A stretch of DNA of 24,000 nucleotides. It comes from Nitriliruptoria bacterium (GTDB lineage Bacteria > Actinomycetota > Nitriliruptoria > Euzebyales > Egibacteraceae). A program made the position numbers and the translations under genes. How positions within the stretch are numbered: position 1 is the first letter of the stretch; every line of letters starts with the position of its first letter. The stretch is taken from NCBI GenBank assembly GCA_003553565.1, contig PWER01000019.1:2140-26139 (forward strand), read 5' to 3'. Below the pieces are notes generated by a model, which worked only from the letters and a program-made list of their open reading frames with translations, was not told the origin of the DNA and did no database searches. Shown here piece by piece: positions 15,841-24,000 of this stretch.

Positions 15841-16479
15841 TCAACCCGCCCGCTGGGCGGGGTCGCGTCGGACCGTGAAGGTGGCCACGAGCACGCGCTG
15901 GGCGCCGGCGGCGCGCAGCGCGAGGCCCGCGGCCCGGGCGGTGGAGCCGGTGGTGCGCACGTCGTCCACGCACACCACCGCTGGCGGCGGACGACCGATG
16001 ACGCGGAACCGGTCCCGCGCGCCGCGGCGGCGACCGTGGGCGTCGCGGCCGGTCTGCCGCGCTCGGCCCCGGATCGGGGCGAGCAGGCGCACCGCACCGG
16101 GTCCGGCGAGGCGGGCGGGCACGTCCAGGCCGCGGCGACGTTGGCTGCGCGACCCCGAGGGGATCCAGGTCCAGCCCACCTCCTCGCCGGGTGGCGGCAG
16201 CTCCAGGCGGTGGCGCAGCAGGGCGGCCATGGCCGGCAGCGCGGCGTGACGCCCGCGCAGCTTCGCGGCCAGCAGCACCTCGCGGGCGAGGTCCTCGTGG
16301 GGGTAGACGCCCACGGCCCGTACGCCCTCGGCCAGCTCCAGTCGGGCGCCATCGGCCAGCGCGAGGGACGCGAGGCGGTCAGCGCACCGCGGGCACCAGG
16401 CGCCCCGGCAGGGCACCGCGCAGCCCGCACAGCGCGGTGGGACGAGCAGGTCGGCCACAGCGGACCACGGCGGCGCCAT
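15841..16479 (-). CDS. ComF/GntX-family phosphoribosyltransferase-domain protein
   Basis: This is the 212-aa track ORF. It has an N-terminal double CxxC (PPRCAGCAVPCRGAWCPRC) and a C-terminal PRTase loop (VVCVDDVRTTGSTARAA). It sits directly upstream of hpf-secA, as the ComF-like gene Rv3242c does in mycobacteria. Confidence 0.85.
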   Translation of the reverse strand: MAPPWSAVADLLVPPRCAGCAVPCRGAWCPRCADRLASLALADGARLELAEGVRAVGVYPHEDLAREVLLAAKLRGRHAALPAMAALLRHRLELPPPGEEVGWTWIPSGSRSQRRRGLDVPARLAGPGAVRLLAPIRGRARQTGRDAHGRRRGARDRFRVIGRPPPAVVCVDDVRTTGSTARAAGLALRAAGAQRVLVATFTVRRDPAQRAG

Positions 16480-16545
16480 CCCACGAGGCTACGCGACGGC
16501 TGGCGCGCGCTCGGATGGCGCTCCACAGCCCGCGCCACGCGGCGG

Positions 16546-17391
16546 TCAGGGCACCAGCGCCTGCGGTGGTAGCGCCACGATCCCGGTGGCGCCCAGGGCG
16601 CGCAGCTGCCCGAGCTTGTCCCACAGCTCGCGGGCCGACAGCACCAGGTGCACAGCGACGAGGTCATCGCGGCCGGCCAGCGGCAGCACCGTGGGGGCGG
16701 CCAGGCCGGGGAACAGGTCCTGGAGCTTGTCGAGGTGCGCGCGCGGCACGTGCAGCATCACGTAGCGATGTGCGCGCGCCTCCAGCACCGCCTGGGCGCG
16801 CAGCTCGAGGTCGAGCAGCGCCGGCGGCGCGTCCTCGACGGCGCGGACCAGCAGCGCCTGGCAGGCCGCGATCTCCTCCAGCACCCGCAGCCCGTTCTGG
16901 GCGAGGGAGGTGCCGGTCTCGCGCAGGTCGACGATCGCGTCGGCCAGACCGGCGGCGGCCACGCCCTCCAGCGACCCGCCCATCTCGACCACGGTGGCCT
17001 CCACGCCCCGCTCGGCGAGGTGGCGGCGCGTGGCGTTGGGCAGGTGGGTGGAGATGACCGCGCCGGAGAGGTCGGCGAGCCCGGTGCGCCCGTCGTCCTC
17101 GCGGCTGGCGACCACCAGGTCGGAGCGGTTGAAGCCCAGCGGCAGCGCGGGTCGCTCGTCGAGCTCGTGCTCGAGCACGAGGTCGGTGGCCATGAAGGCG
17201 GCGTCCAGCTGGTCGGCGGCCAGGGCGGCGGCGGCGTCGCGCGGTCGCATCTCGATGACGCGCAGGCCGTCGAGCCGGGCGATCGACCCGGCGCCGTGGA
17301 GCATCCCCACGGGATAGCCGGCGTCGCCGAGCAGGCGGGCGACCTCGTCGCGCAGGCGCCCTCGGCTGGGAACGGCGATGGTCGGGGTCAC
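16546..17391 (-). CDS. hisG: ATP phosphoribosyltransferase, long form
   Basis: The 281-aa product reads (GTG)TPTIAVPSRGRLRDEVARLL...RPRDAAAALAADQLDAAFMATDLVLE...AIVDLRETGTSLAQNGLRVLEEI, with a C-terminal regulatory domain (HRYVMLHVPRAHLDKLQDLFPGLAAPTVLPLA). The GTG start overlaps the hisE stop (GTGA). Confidence 0.92.
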   Translation of the reverse strand: MTPTIAVPSRGRLRDEVARLLGDAGYPVGMLHGAGSIARLDGLRVIEMRPRDAAAALAADQLDAAFMATDLVLEHELDERPALPLGFNRSDLVVASREDDGRTGLADLSGAVISTHLPNATRRHLAERGVEATVVEMGGSLEGVAAAGLADAIVDLRETGTSLAQNGLRVLEEIAACQALLVRAVEDAPPALLDLELRAQAVLEARAHRYVMLHVPRAHLDKLQDLFPGLAAPTVLPLAGRDDLVAVHLVLSARELWDKLGQLRALGATGIVALPPQALVP

Positions 17392-17789
17392 GCGGGCTCC
17401 TGTCCGGCGTCGGTGCTGGTGGGCGCGGCTGCGGGCGCGTCACGCGGGGGCGCGCCGCGCCGCCTGGCCAGCTCGGCCAGCACCGCGTCCCACGACACGC
17501 CGGCTCCGACGAGGGCGACCAGCGCGTGGAACACGAGATCGGCGGCCTCGCTGGCGGTGCGATCGGCGTCGACGGGCTCGCGTCCGAGCTCGAGGCACAG
17601 CTCGAACGCCTCCTCCATGATCTTTCGCTGCGCCCGCTCGGGGTCAGCGAGGAGCGTGGCCGAGTACGAGCCCTCGGGTGGTGCCACGGCCCGCTGGCGC
17701 AGGACCTCCTCGAGCTCGCCGAGCACCGCGGGGTCGGCGCCGGGGCGTGCCGCCGCGTCGGCGCGTGGGGTGTCCGCGGGCTCGCTCAT
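17388..17789 (-). CDS. hisE: Phosphoribosyl-ATP pyrophosphatase
   Basis: This is the C-terminal 133 codons of track ORF 17388..18809. ATG 17789 is preceded by GGAGG at 5 nt. The core is GSYSATLLADPERAQRKIMEEAFELCLE...ASEAADLVFHALVALVGAGVSWDAVLAELARR, which fits the PRA-PH (MazG-like) signature. It is coupled to hisG. Confidence 0.85.
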   Translation of the reverse strand: MSEPADTPRADAAARPGADPAVLGELEEVLRQRAVAPPEGSYSATLLADPERAQRKIMEEAFELCLELGREPVDADRTASEAADLVFHALVALVGAGVSWDAVLAELARRRGAPPRDAPAAAPTSTDAGQEPA

Positions 17790-17956
17790 CGCTGCCTCCG
17801 AGGGATCGCACGGTCTGACCGAGGCGGGGGTGGTCGGGCGGGACGCGCACCCGCCGCGGCGCGCGGCTGGCGGGGTTGGCGGGCTCATCGGGCGCGCGTC
17901 CGCGCCGCGAGCCGCACGACAGCGTAGCCGCCCGCTCCCGGCCGTTCGGGCTGCGC

Positions 17957-18757
17957 TCAGCCCGCGGCGTCGGCGAGGAGACCGCGCAGCAGGGTCGCCA
18001 GGCTCGGGCCGGCCTGCTCGGCCGCGGCGAGCACCTCGGCGTGATCGACCGGGGTGCCGCCCGGACGGTGCACGTTGGTCAGCAGCGAGCAGCCCCACAC
18101 CCGCAGCCCGGCCGCGCGGGCGGCGATGACCTCGAGGACGGTGGACATGCCCACCGCGTCCGCGCCCATCCCGCGCAGCATCGCCACCTCGGCGGGGGTC
18201 TCGTAGGCGGGCCCGCGCACCCCGGCATAGACCCCCTCGCGCAGCGCGATCCCCTCCCGAGCGGCCACGCTGCGCGCGCGCTCGCGCAGCTCGGCGTCGT
18301 AGGCCCCGCCGAGGTCGATGAACTGCGGCCCCACCAGCGGCGTATCGCCGGTGAGGTTCAGGTGGTCCGACAGCGCCATCAGGTCGCCAGGCGACTGCTC
18401 GTCGCGCACGCCACCGGCGGCGTTGGTCACGAGGAAGGCCGTGCAGCCAAGCGCTGCGGCCACGCGGACCGTGGCCACCACATCGTCGGCGGGCACGCCC
18501 TCGTAGCGGTGCACCCGGCCCCGCTGGACCAGCACCTCCTGCCCGGCCAAGGTGCCGGCGATCAGCCGACCGGCGTGGCCCGGCACCGTCGATGCGGGCA
18601 GGCCCACGTCTGCGGGGCGCACCTCGACGGCGTCGGCGACCTCGTCGGCGACCGGGCCGAGGCCCGAGCCCAGCGTGACCAGCGCGCCGGGGCGCCGCGG
18701 AGCGATCCGCTCGGCGAGGTCGGCGGCGATCGCCGCCACGTGCTCCTGCCCGCTCAC
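17957..18757 (-). CDS. Purine nucleoside phosphorylase (PNP/MTAP family, PunA type)
   Basis: This is the in-frame GTG 18757 inside track ORF 17957..19075. The 266-aa product carries the motifs LVTLGSGLG, STVPGHAGRLIAG, QRGRVHRYEG, FLVTNAAGG and VRGPAYETPAEVAMLRGMGADAVGMSTVLEV. Its start overlaps the stop of the upstream Trm112-like gene (GTGA). Confidence 0.88.
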   Translation of the reverse strand: MSGQEHVAAIAADLAERIAPRRPGALVTLGSGLGPVADEVADAVEVRPADVGLPASTVPGHAGRLIAGTLAGQEVLVQRGRVHRYEGVPADDVVATVRVAAALGCTAFLVTNAAGGVRDEQSPGDLMALSDHLNLTGDTPLVGPQFIDLGGAYDAELRERARSVAAREGIALREGVYAGVRGPAYETPAEVAMLRGMGADAVGMSTVLEVIAARAAGLRVWGCSLLTNVHRPGGTPVDHAEVLAAAEQAGPSLATLLRGLLADAAG

Positions 18758-18990
18758 GTCGAGCCCTCGCCGCCGTCGGGTTCCGGAGCGGCCGGGCCGC
18801 TCGACGCACCGGAGCCGCTCGAGGACGCGCGCTCGGCCTCCTCGACCAGCATCACCGGGATGTTGTCGCGCACCGGGTAGCGCAGACCGCAGGCGGTGCA
18901 CACGATGACCGCCCGCCGCTCCTTGTACTCGATGTCGCCGTGGCAGGCGGGGCAGACCAGCAGCGCGATGAGGTCGGGGTCGACGGGCAT
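18754..18990 (-). CDS. Trm112-family small zinc-ribbon protein (DUF343-like)
   Basis: The 78-aa product from ATG 18990 (GGAGG 5 nt upstream) is MPVDPDLIALLVCPACHGDIEYKERRAVIVCTACGLRYPVRDNIPVMLVEEAE. It has the CPxC...C-x2-C ribbon and the YPVxDGIPVMLxxEA signature of Trm112-like proteins. A Ser/Gly/Pro tail follows. Confidence 0.8.
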   Translation of the reverse strand: MPVDPDLIALLVCPACHGDIEYKERRAVIVCTACGLRYPVRDNIPVMLVEEAERASSSGSGASSGPAAPEPDGGEGST

Positions 18991-19147
18991 GCGGTCCTCC
19001 CGGGTCGGTGGTCGGTGGCGGCGGGCCGGGCCGGGCCGCCAGCACCCGCGAGGGTAGTGGAGCCGCCGGGGCCACGCGCCTGGTCCGAGCCGCCTGTGCC
19101 GCGCGTCCCGCACCGCGCGCTGGGCGCTGCCTGCGGTCTGGGCGCGG

Positions 19148-20095
19148 TCAGGTCTCGGGACGTTCGCGCTCGTCCTCGGCGGGCGGTTCCCCGGCGCGCC
19201 CGTTGCGGGCGCCGCGACGACGTGCCGCGCCCTGGAGGTCGACGACGACCGCGCCGGTGTCGTCGGCTTGCGGGGGCTGCTGCTCCTCGGTGCTGCCGGG
19301 CCACGGCAGCGATGGCTGCGCGAGCGGCTCGGCCTCGGGGTCAGCACCGTGCTCCGTCTCGGCCTCGCGGGGATCGTGCTCATCGCGGGCCCCGCGGGGC
19401 TCGGGGGGCTCGCTGGACTCGGGGGGCTCGGGGGGCTCGGGAGGCGGCCCAGCAGCTGGTGCGACGTCCTCGCGTGACGCGTCGTCGCCTGGCGCGTCGG
19501 TTGCCCTCGTGGGCTCGGGGCCTGATGGCTGCTCGGGCTCGGTCGCCGCGTCGTCGAACAGCGAGGAGGACCCGGCGGGGTCACGGCGGCGGGCCGCCGC
19601 ATGCTCGGCGGCGATCCGCGGCAGTGCGGCCATGAGCGCGGCGTACCGGTTGCCCGATCGTCGCGGGCGCGTCGGCCGAGCCGCGGGGTCTGCCCCCGCG
19701 GCGTCGGTGCTGGCAGCGAGCTCTCCGAGGACGTCGTCGTCGCGTGCTGGTGCCGGCTCACCGCCGACCTCGCCCGGCGTGGCGGCGGCCTCGGCGCCGG
19801 CCGCATCGCCCGCGCCGGCCGCATCGCCCGCGTCACCCGCGTCCGGCGCGTCCTGCGGGCCTTGCGCGTCCATCCCCGGCGGACCAGCACCTCGAACGTC
19901 GCGCTGCTCCCAGCCCCGGGGCACGGTGAAGCGGTCGGCGTGCTCCTGGCACAGGTCGAGCTCCGAGGCGCCGCGCTGCGGCGCGAGATCACCGAGGACC
20001 GCAGCGCGATCGCCGTAGCGCAGCAGCACGGTGGCCGCGGCGCGACGCGAGCAGCCCGGCTTGCCGCAGCGGCGATCGGCGGTCGGTTGGGGCAT
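19148..20095 (-). CDS. DUF3499-like protein with a long acidic, proline-rich repetitive C-terminal tail
   Basis: The N-terminal roughly 70 aa read MPQPTADRRCGKPGCSRRAAATVLLRYGDRAAVLGDLAPQRGASELDLCQEHADRFTVPRGWEQRDV. This matches the C-x3-C...LC-x-H...P-x-GW pattern I associate with DUF3499 (Rv3258c-like). The rest is low complexity and includes PEPPEPPESSEPPEP. The start is ATG 20095. A TTG at 20143 that overlaps the upstream stop (TTGA) is an alternative. Confidence 0.7.
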   Translation of the reverse strand: MPQPTADRRCGKPGCSRRAAATVLLRYGDRAAVLGDLAPQRGASELDLCQEHADRFTVPRGWEQRDVRGAGPPGMDAQGPQDAPDAGDAGDAAGAGDAAGAEAAATPGEVGGEPAPARDDDVLGELAASTDAAGADPAARPTRPRRSGNRYAALMAALPRIAAEHAAARRRDPAGSSSLFDDAATEPEQPSGPEPTRATDAPGDDASREDVAPAAGPPPEPPEPPESSEPPEPRGARDEHDPREAETEHGADPEAEPLAQPSLPWPGSTEEQQPPQADDTGAVVVDLQGAARRRGARNGRAGEPPAEDERERPET

Positions 20096-20139
20096 GCCCG
20101 GGACCGTACGCGACGCGGGCGCTGGCGCGATGGAACCGC

Positions 20140-21807
20140 TCAAGGGTCGTGGGCAGCGTCGGGGCCCGCGGGCAGGCCGCGGTCTCTGTGCGCTGGCGCC
20201 GGCTCGGCACGGAACGCGCCCAGATCCACCAGGGGCAGCACACGCTGGCGCAGTGGCGCCTGATCGGCAGCGACCACCGTGGCGGCGACGGGATCGGCGC
20301 TGGTCACGCGCACCGCAGCAGGGCCACGGGCGTGCTCGTCCAACGCCAGGTCGGCGCGTGCGCCAGCCGGCAGCTCCCGCTCCTGCCAGCCCTCCACCGC
20401 CTCGCCGGCCACCGTCACGTTGACCGCGGTGGGCTCCGCGCCGAGGTTGGCCACGTGGAGGTGGCGCGCGTCGGCAACCGGGCTGGCTACGGCCCAGTCG
20501 GTGCCGGCCGGACGCAGCGGCTCGGCGACGAGGTCCCCGGTGCCCTCGGCGTCGTCGGCGTCATCGGCGTCGTCGGCGTCGCCTGCCGCTGGCGCGGGGG
20601 CGGTGGCCGTCAGGCGCGTGGCGATCAGCTCGGCGTCCTCGCGCGGGCGCACGACGAGGCCAGCATCCGAGCCGGCGCTGACACCGTCGAGGTCGAAGCG
20701 GGCCGTGGCGCCCGCAGAGAGCGTGTGCTCACCGAGGGTCGAGCCGCCCTCGATCGGGTTGGTGGCCTCCAGCACGAACGAGGCCGGCTCCGCGCCGGGG
20801 TTCGCCACCACCAGCCAGGAGCGCGCGTCCTCCCCCTGGGGTGCACGAGCCGCCACGAGCGGTTGCGCGGCCCCTTCCTGGCCGCGCACGGGGTGCACCA
20901 CGGTGGTGCCCTCGACGTCGTCGTCGGGCGACGCGAGCCCCTCCTCGTCGTCTGGCGGCGCGAGCTCGTCGATGTCATCGTCCTCGAGCAGCTCGTCGGC
21001 GCCGGCGCGCGCCTCCGGGGGACCCAGGGTGGCGATCCCGTAGGTCACGAGCCGTCCCTCGCGCACCTCCACGGCCACCGCGAGCTTCTCGAGGCCCGGC
21101 TCGACCTCGACCAGGTCGACGACGCGCTGGCTGCCGGCCTCGACCACCAGGTCCTCGGTGCGCGTGGGCTCGCTGGCGCCATCCGGGGTGAGCAACGTCA
21201 CGCGCGCCACCGCATCCGACGGGTTGGGGTTAGCGAGGTGCAGCTCGGCGTCGGACCCGAGGGTCGTGTCGAAGCCGGCGAGGTGCCACCGACCGGCCGA
21301 GGCGGGCGGGCACGACAGCGCGAGCGGCGGCGCGGTGTCCTCCTCGATCGTCCACGCGGCCACGGCAGGCGTCTGCTCCCAGCGGATCATCGACGGGGTC
21401 CGCGCTGGCGCGGAGGTCGATTGCGGCGCGCTCGCCGGAAGGTCCGCCAACGCGCCGGGCGCCTCGTGCTCGTGGCGGTCGACCGTGGCCGCGGCCTCCG
21501 GGCCGGCGGCGGCCAGCAGGGTCGAAGCCGGCCCGTGCGGCGGCGCGGGGCAGGGTGAGGCGCCAGCACCCGCCAGGTCCCCGTCGCCCTCTGCCAGCGG
21601 CTCCTCGGGCGCCGCAGAGGCAGCGATCTGGCCGGGCTGCGCGGTCCGGGCGGTCTGGGCGGTCTGGTCGAGCAGGCCCACGGTCACCACGAGCAGCACC
21701 GCGACGACGAGCAGCCCGAGCGCCACCAGGCGGGCCGCACCGGGCGGCTCGGCGGTGGGCCGGCGGCGCGCCACCGCCTGCAGCAGGCGTCGGACGGGGC
21801 TGCTCAC
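20140..21807 (-). CDS. N-terminally anchored, probably extracytoplasmic protein with three repeated beta-rich modules (DUF5719-like)
   Basis: This is the 555-aa track ORF. It has one N-terminal hydrophobic anchor (LVALGLLVVAVLLVVTVGLL). Three internally similar segments follow: AELHLANPNPSDAVARVTLLTPDG, SWLVVANPGAEPASFVLEATNP and RHLHVANLGAEPTAVNVTVAGE. The architecture, and the position downstream of a large membrane protein and next to DUF3499, match what I recall for DUF5719. The GTG start overlaps the upstream stop (GTGA). Confidence 0.65.
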   Translation of the reverse strand: MSSPVRRLLQAVARRRPTAEPPGAARLVALGLLVVAVLLVVTVGLLDQTAQTARTAQPGQIAASAAPEEPLAEGDGDLAGAGASPCPAPPHGPASTLLAAAGPEAAATVDRHEHEAPGALADLPASAPQSTSAPARTPSMIRWEQTPAVAAWTIEEDTAPPLALSCPPASAGRWHLAGFDTTLGSDAELHLANPNPSDAVARVTLLTPDGASEPTRTEDLVVEAGSQRVVDLVEVEPGLEKLAVAVEVREGRLVTYGIATLGPPEARAGADELLEDDDIDELAPPDDEEGLASPDDDVEGTTVVHPVRGQEGAAQPLVAARAPQGEDARSWLVVANPGAEPASFVLEATNPIEGGSTLGEHTLSAGATARFDLDGVSAGSDAGLVVRPREDAELIATRLTATAPAPAAGDADDADDADDAEGTGDLVAEPLRPAGTDWAVASPVADARHLHVANLGAEPTAVNVTVAGEAVEGWQERELPAGARADLALDEHARGPAAVRVTSADPVAATVVAADQAPLRQRVLPLVDLGAFRAEPAPAHRDRGLPAGPDAAHDP

Positions 21808-24000
21808 GGTGACCCCCGCACAGGCGCCGAGGCCGCGGGCTCCTCCGCCGCCTGGTCCTCCTCGGGGGGCCCACCAGGAGTGGCGTGCGCGCGGGGGGCC
21901 GGCGGTTCAGGCACTCGCTGCGGGGTCGGCAGCGCCGCCGGGGCCGGGCGTCGGCGGGCGCCCGGCGGGTGCACGGCCACCGACAGGGCTCCCAGCAGCA
22001 CCACCACCAGGCCCACCGGGCCGACTGCGGCGGTCGGGGGCGGGTGGTGGCTGACCTCGACAGCGCCCTCGGACCCGACCACGAACGCTGTGCCCCAGAT
22101 GCCCTCCCGCGCGGGCAGCGCCCCGTCCTCGCCGCTGGCCTCCCAGCGCTCTGGCGGCCCGGGTTCGGCCAGCAGCAACGTGCCGGCCTGCGCGCTGCCC
22201 GCCCACCGGCCTGGCCCGCGGGCTGCGAGCCCGTGCTCGGCGACCGCCCGCACATCGCCGGGTTGGCCGGTGAGCGCGCGCTCGGCGACGTCGTCGGGCA
22301 CGACCGCGGCGCGCGGCAGCCAGCCCGTCACGCCCCACACGCCGGCGTCCTCGGCGCGCAGCGGCTCGAGGCCGGGCTGGCGGTCGAGCGCTGCCGGCAC
22401 CGTCGTGTCCGCGTCGCCCGTGCCGGCCGCGTCGCTGTCCACGCTCTCGGCGCCGCCGTCCCCGCCGCCGCCCTCGGTGTCGGGCGCCCCGCCGTCCGAG
22501 GGGTCGGTGGCCACGACGTAGCGCACGTTGGCGGCGCCCAGCAGCCCCGCGCCGCGGGGATCGACGCCTCCGGCGAGCAGGGCGACGGCCTGCTCGATCG
22601 CGGCGGTGGCCTCGGGCGACTCGACCGCCCCGTAGGAGGCCAGCGACGGCCCGTCGTGCTCGACGACGTCCCAGCGCCAGCCCTCGGCGTCGCCCTCGAC
22701 CAGCAGGATGCGGTAGGGCCCGACCTCGGGCGCGTCGGCGCGGACGAAGGCCGGCAGCGGGTCGGCGGCGGCCGCGACGCGGTCGGGCCCGCCGAGCAGG
22801 CCCCAGGCGGCGGCCAGCAGCCCCGCGCCCCCGGCGACGGCGAGCAGCAGGCCGAGCAGATGGGGCAGCCCCACAGCGCGCACCGACAGCGTGGGCCCAG
22901 CCCACGCCAGAGCCAGCGTCGTCAGGGCCGCCAGGCACAGGGCGACGAGGATGAGCAGCGCCCCCGAGGACGCCGCAGACAGCGGCGACGCCGGGTCGGT
23001 GCTGGCGACGGCGGCGGCAGCCGCGGCCGTCAGGGTCACCACGAGGCTGGCGGCGGCCAGCGGACGGGGCCGCCATCCCACCAGCAGCCCCCCGCCGAGC
23101 GCCACGACGGCGATCACGACGGCCGCCCACAGGGCCGGGCCGCCGGTGAGGTCGGGCGCCGCCACCAGGGCCCGAGCGCCGGACAGCGGCGTGGCGCCAC
23201 CGGCGGTGGGATCGCTCACACCGGGAGCGAACGCCGTCCATCCCGATGTCAGACCGCGCGTGAGCCACGGCAGCAGCGGCAGGACCCCCACGGCCCCGAT
23301 CAGTGGGCGCAGCGCGCGGAGCCCGCCACCACGCGCCACACCCGACACCACCGCCACGGCGGCCACGGCAGCGACCACCGGCAGCGCGCCGGGAGCGAGC
23401 GCGCCGAGCACCGCCACCGCGGCCACCTGGGCTCCGGCGGTGCGCAGCGACACAGCCCGCGTGCGCTCGGGGACCGCCAGTCGGAGGCTCGCCGCCGCCA
23501 CCGGCGGCAGCAGCACCGCGGCGGCGAGCAGGTCGATACGCCCGCCCCACAGGCCGGCGAGCACCGCAGGGGTGAGCACGTACACGGTCGCGCCGATCGC
23601 GCGCGCAGCGGAGCCGGCGCTGACGCCGCGGGCGGCACGCCACGCGGTGAACCAGGCCAGCGGCAGCGCACCCAGCACCAGCAGCCGTTCGGCCAGCCAC
23701 GCACTGCCGCCGGCCAGCACCGACAGCAGCGCCCACAGGGCCGTGGCGGGCGCAGTCGCCGAGCCCTCGGCCAGGGGTGCGGCCGCCAGGGGGTCGCGCA
23801 GCGCCGACAGCAGCGCCGCGGGCTCGGGCCAGGGGGCCATCAGCCCGCCGCGCAGCGCGCCGCCGGTGAGCAGCGGGGCGACCGCCACGAGGTAGGCCAG
23901 TGCCAGCGCCCCGCCGGCCAGCAGCGCGGGTCGGCGCAGCACGCGACGCCAGCGTCGTGGCTGCGGTGGCGGTACGGGGTCCACGAGGGCGTCGTCGGCG
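21804..24000 (-). CDS. Large polytopic membrane protein with a C-terminal soluble domain; the frame stays open to the right window edge, so the gene is probably 5'-truncated here
   Basis: This is track ORF 21804..23984, but its 'M' is a GTG, and the same frame has no stop up to position 24000. It contains many Ala/Leu/Gly-rich hydrophobic helices (for example LLAGGALALAYLVAVAPLL, WALLSVLAGGSAWLAERLLVLGALPLAWF and ALLILVALCLAALTTLALAWA). A non-membrane domain follows (PYRILLVEGDAEGWRWDVVEHDGPSLASYG...). In related genomes I recall a family-2 glycosyltransferase domain fused upstream of such a region. That part is outside the window and unverified. Confidence 0.65.
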   Translation of the reverse strand, partial: ADDALVDPVPPPQPRRWRRVLRRPALLAGGALALAYLVAVAPLLTGGALRGGLMAPWPEPAALLSALRDPLAAAPLAEGSATAPATALWALLSVLAGGSAWLAERLLVLGALPLAWFTAWRAARGVSAGSAARAIGATVYVLTPAVLAGLWGGRIDLLAAAVLLPPVAAASLRLAVPERTRAVSLRTAGAQVAAVAVLGALAPGALPVVAAVAAVAVVSGVARGGGLRALRPLIGAVGVLPLLPWLTRGLTSGWTAFAPGVSDPTAGGATPLSGARALVAAPDLTGGPALWAAVVIAVVALGGGLLVGWRPRPLAAASLVVTLTAAAAAAVASTDPASPLSAASSGALLILVALCLAALTTLALAWAGPTLSVRAVGLPHLLGLLLAVAGGAGLLAAAWGLLGGPDRVAAAADPLPAFVRADAPEVGPYRILLVEGDAEGWRWDVVEHDGPSLASYGAVESPEATAAIEQAVALLAGGVDPRGAGLLGAANVRYVVATDPSDGGAPDTEGGGGDGGAESVDSDAAGTGDADTTVPAALDRQPGLEPLRAEDAGVWGVTGWLPRAAVVPDDVAERALTGQPGDVRAVAEHGLAARGPGRWAGSAQAGTLLLAEPGPPERWEASGEDGALPAREGIWGTAFVVGSEGAVEVSHHPPPTAAVGPVGLVVVLLGALSVAVHPPGARRRPAPAALPTPQRVPEPPAPRAHATPGGPPEEDQAAEEPAASAPVRGSP

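Noticed and set aside
21907-23895. Alternative-frame ORFs over the polytopic membrane gene (609 aa on the - strand, 334 aa on the + strand)
   Set aside because: Their products are extremely Arg/Gly/Ala/Pro-rich strings (for example RRGRRRPPGRGT). In contrast, the chosen frame gives coherent hydrophobic helices and GC-rich third codon positions, and it is coupled to the downstream gene.

Overview
This is a very GC-rich (visibly above 70% G+C, not computed), gene-dense chromosomal segment with the hallmarks of an actinobacterial core genome. I recognised no rRNA, tRNA, CRISPR array, transposase, integrase or phage gene.

Gene order, left to right:
- lhr helicase (partial, - strand)
- an RsbW-like anti-sigma factor coupled to a SigB/SigF-family sigma factor
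- a DAG-kinase-family lipid kinase
- a GDPD phosphodiesterase
- whiB1, preceded by a perfect TGTGA-N6-TCACA CRP-type site
- the sensor kinase pdtaS
- a stand-alone sigma region-4 protein
- an unrecognised 345-aa protein
- rsrA-sigR (ZAS anti-sigma factor plus ECF sigma factor)
- three poorly characterised genes: an acidic membrane protein, an Rv3235-like protein, and a degenerate-methyltransferase/NUDIX fusion
- secA, hpf, a ComF-like phosphoribosyltransferase, hisG-hisE, purine nucleoside phosphorylase
- a Trm112-like zinc ribbon, a DUF3499-like protein, a DUF5719-like anchored protein, and a large polytopic membrane protein (partial)

The order parallels, from memory, the M. tuberculosis neighbourhoods Rv3218-Rv3223c, Rv3240c-Rv3242c and Rv3258c. 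Six gene pairs overlap by 4-8 nt (GTGA, ATGA or ATGGATGA), which suggests translational coupling.

I did not find a convincing new defence or mobile system. The points most worth checking are:
- a single-base frame break inside the essential secA gene
- the uncharacterised three-gene run at 9081-11810, between sigR and secA
- the orphan sigma region-4 protein and its divergent unknown neighbour
- perfect tandem duplications that span two stop codons or create twin hairpins in intergenic DNA
- the conserved but functionally unknown DUF5719-like/membrane-protein pair

All family assignments rest on motifs I read in the translations. No database search was possible.
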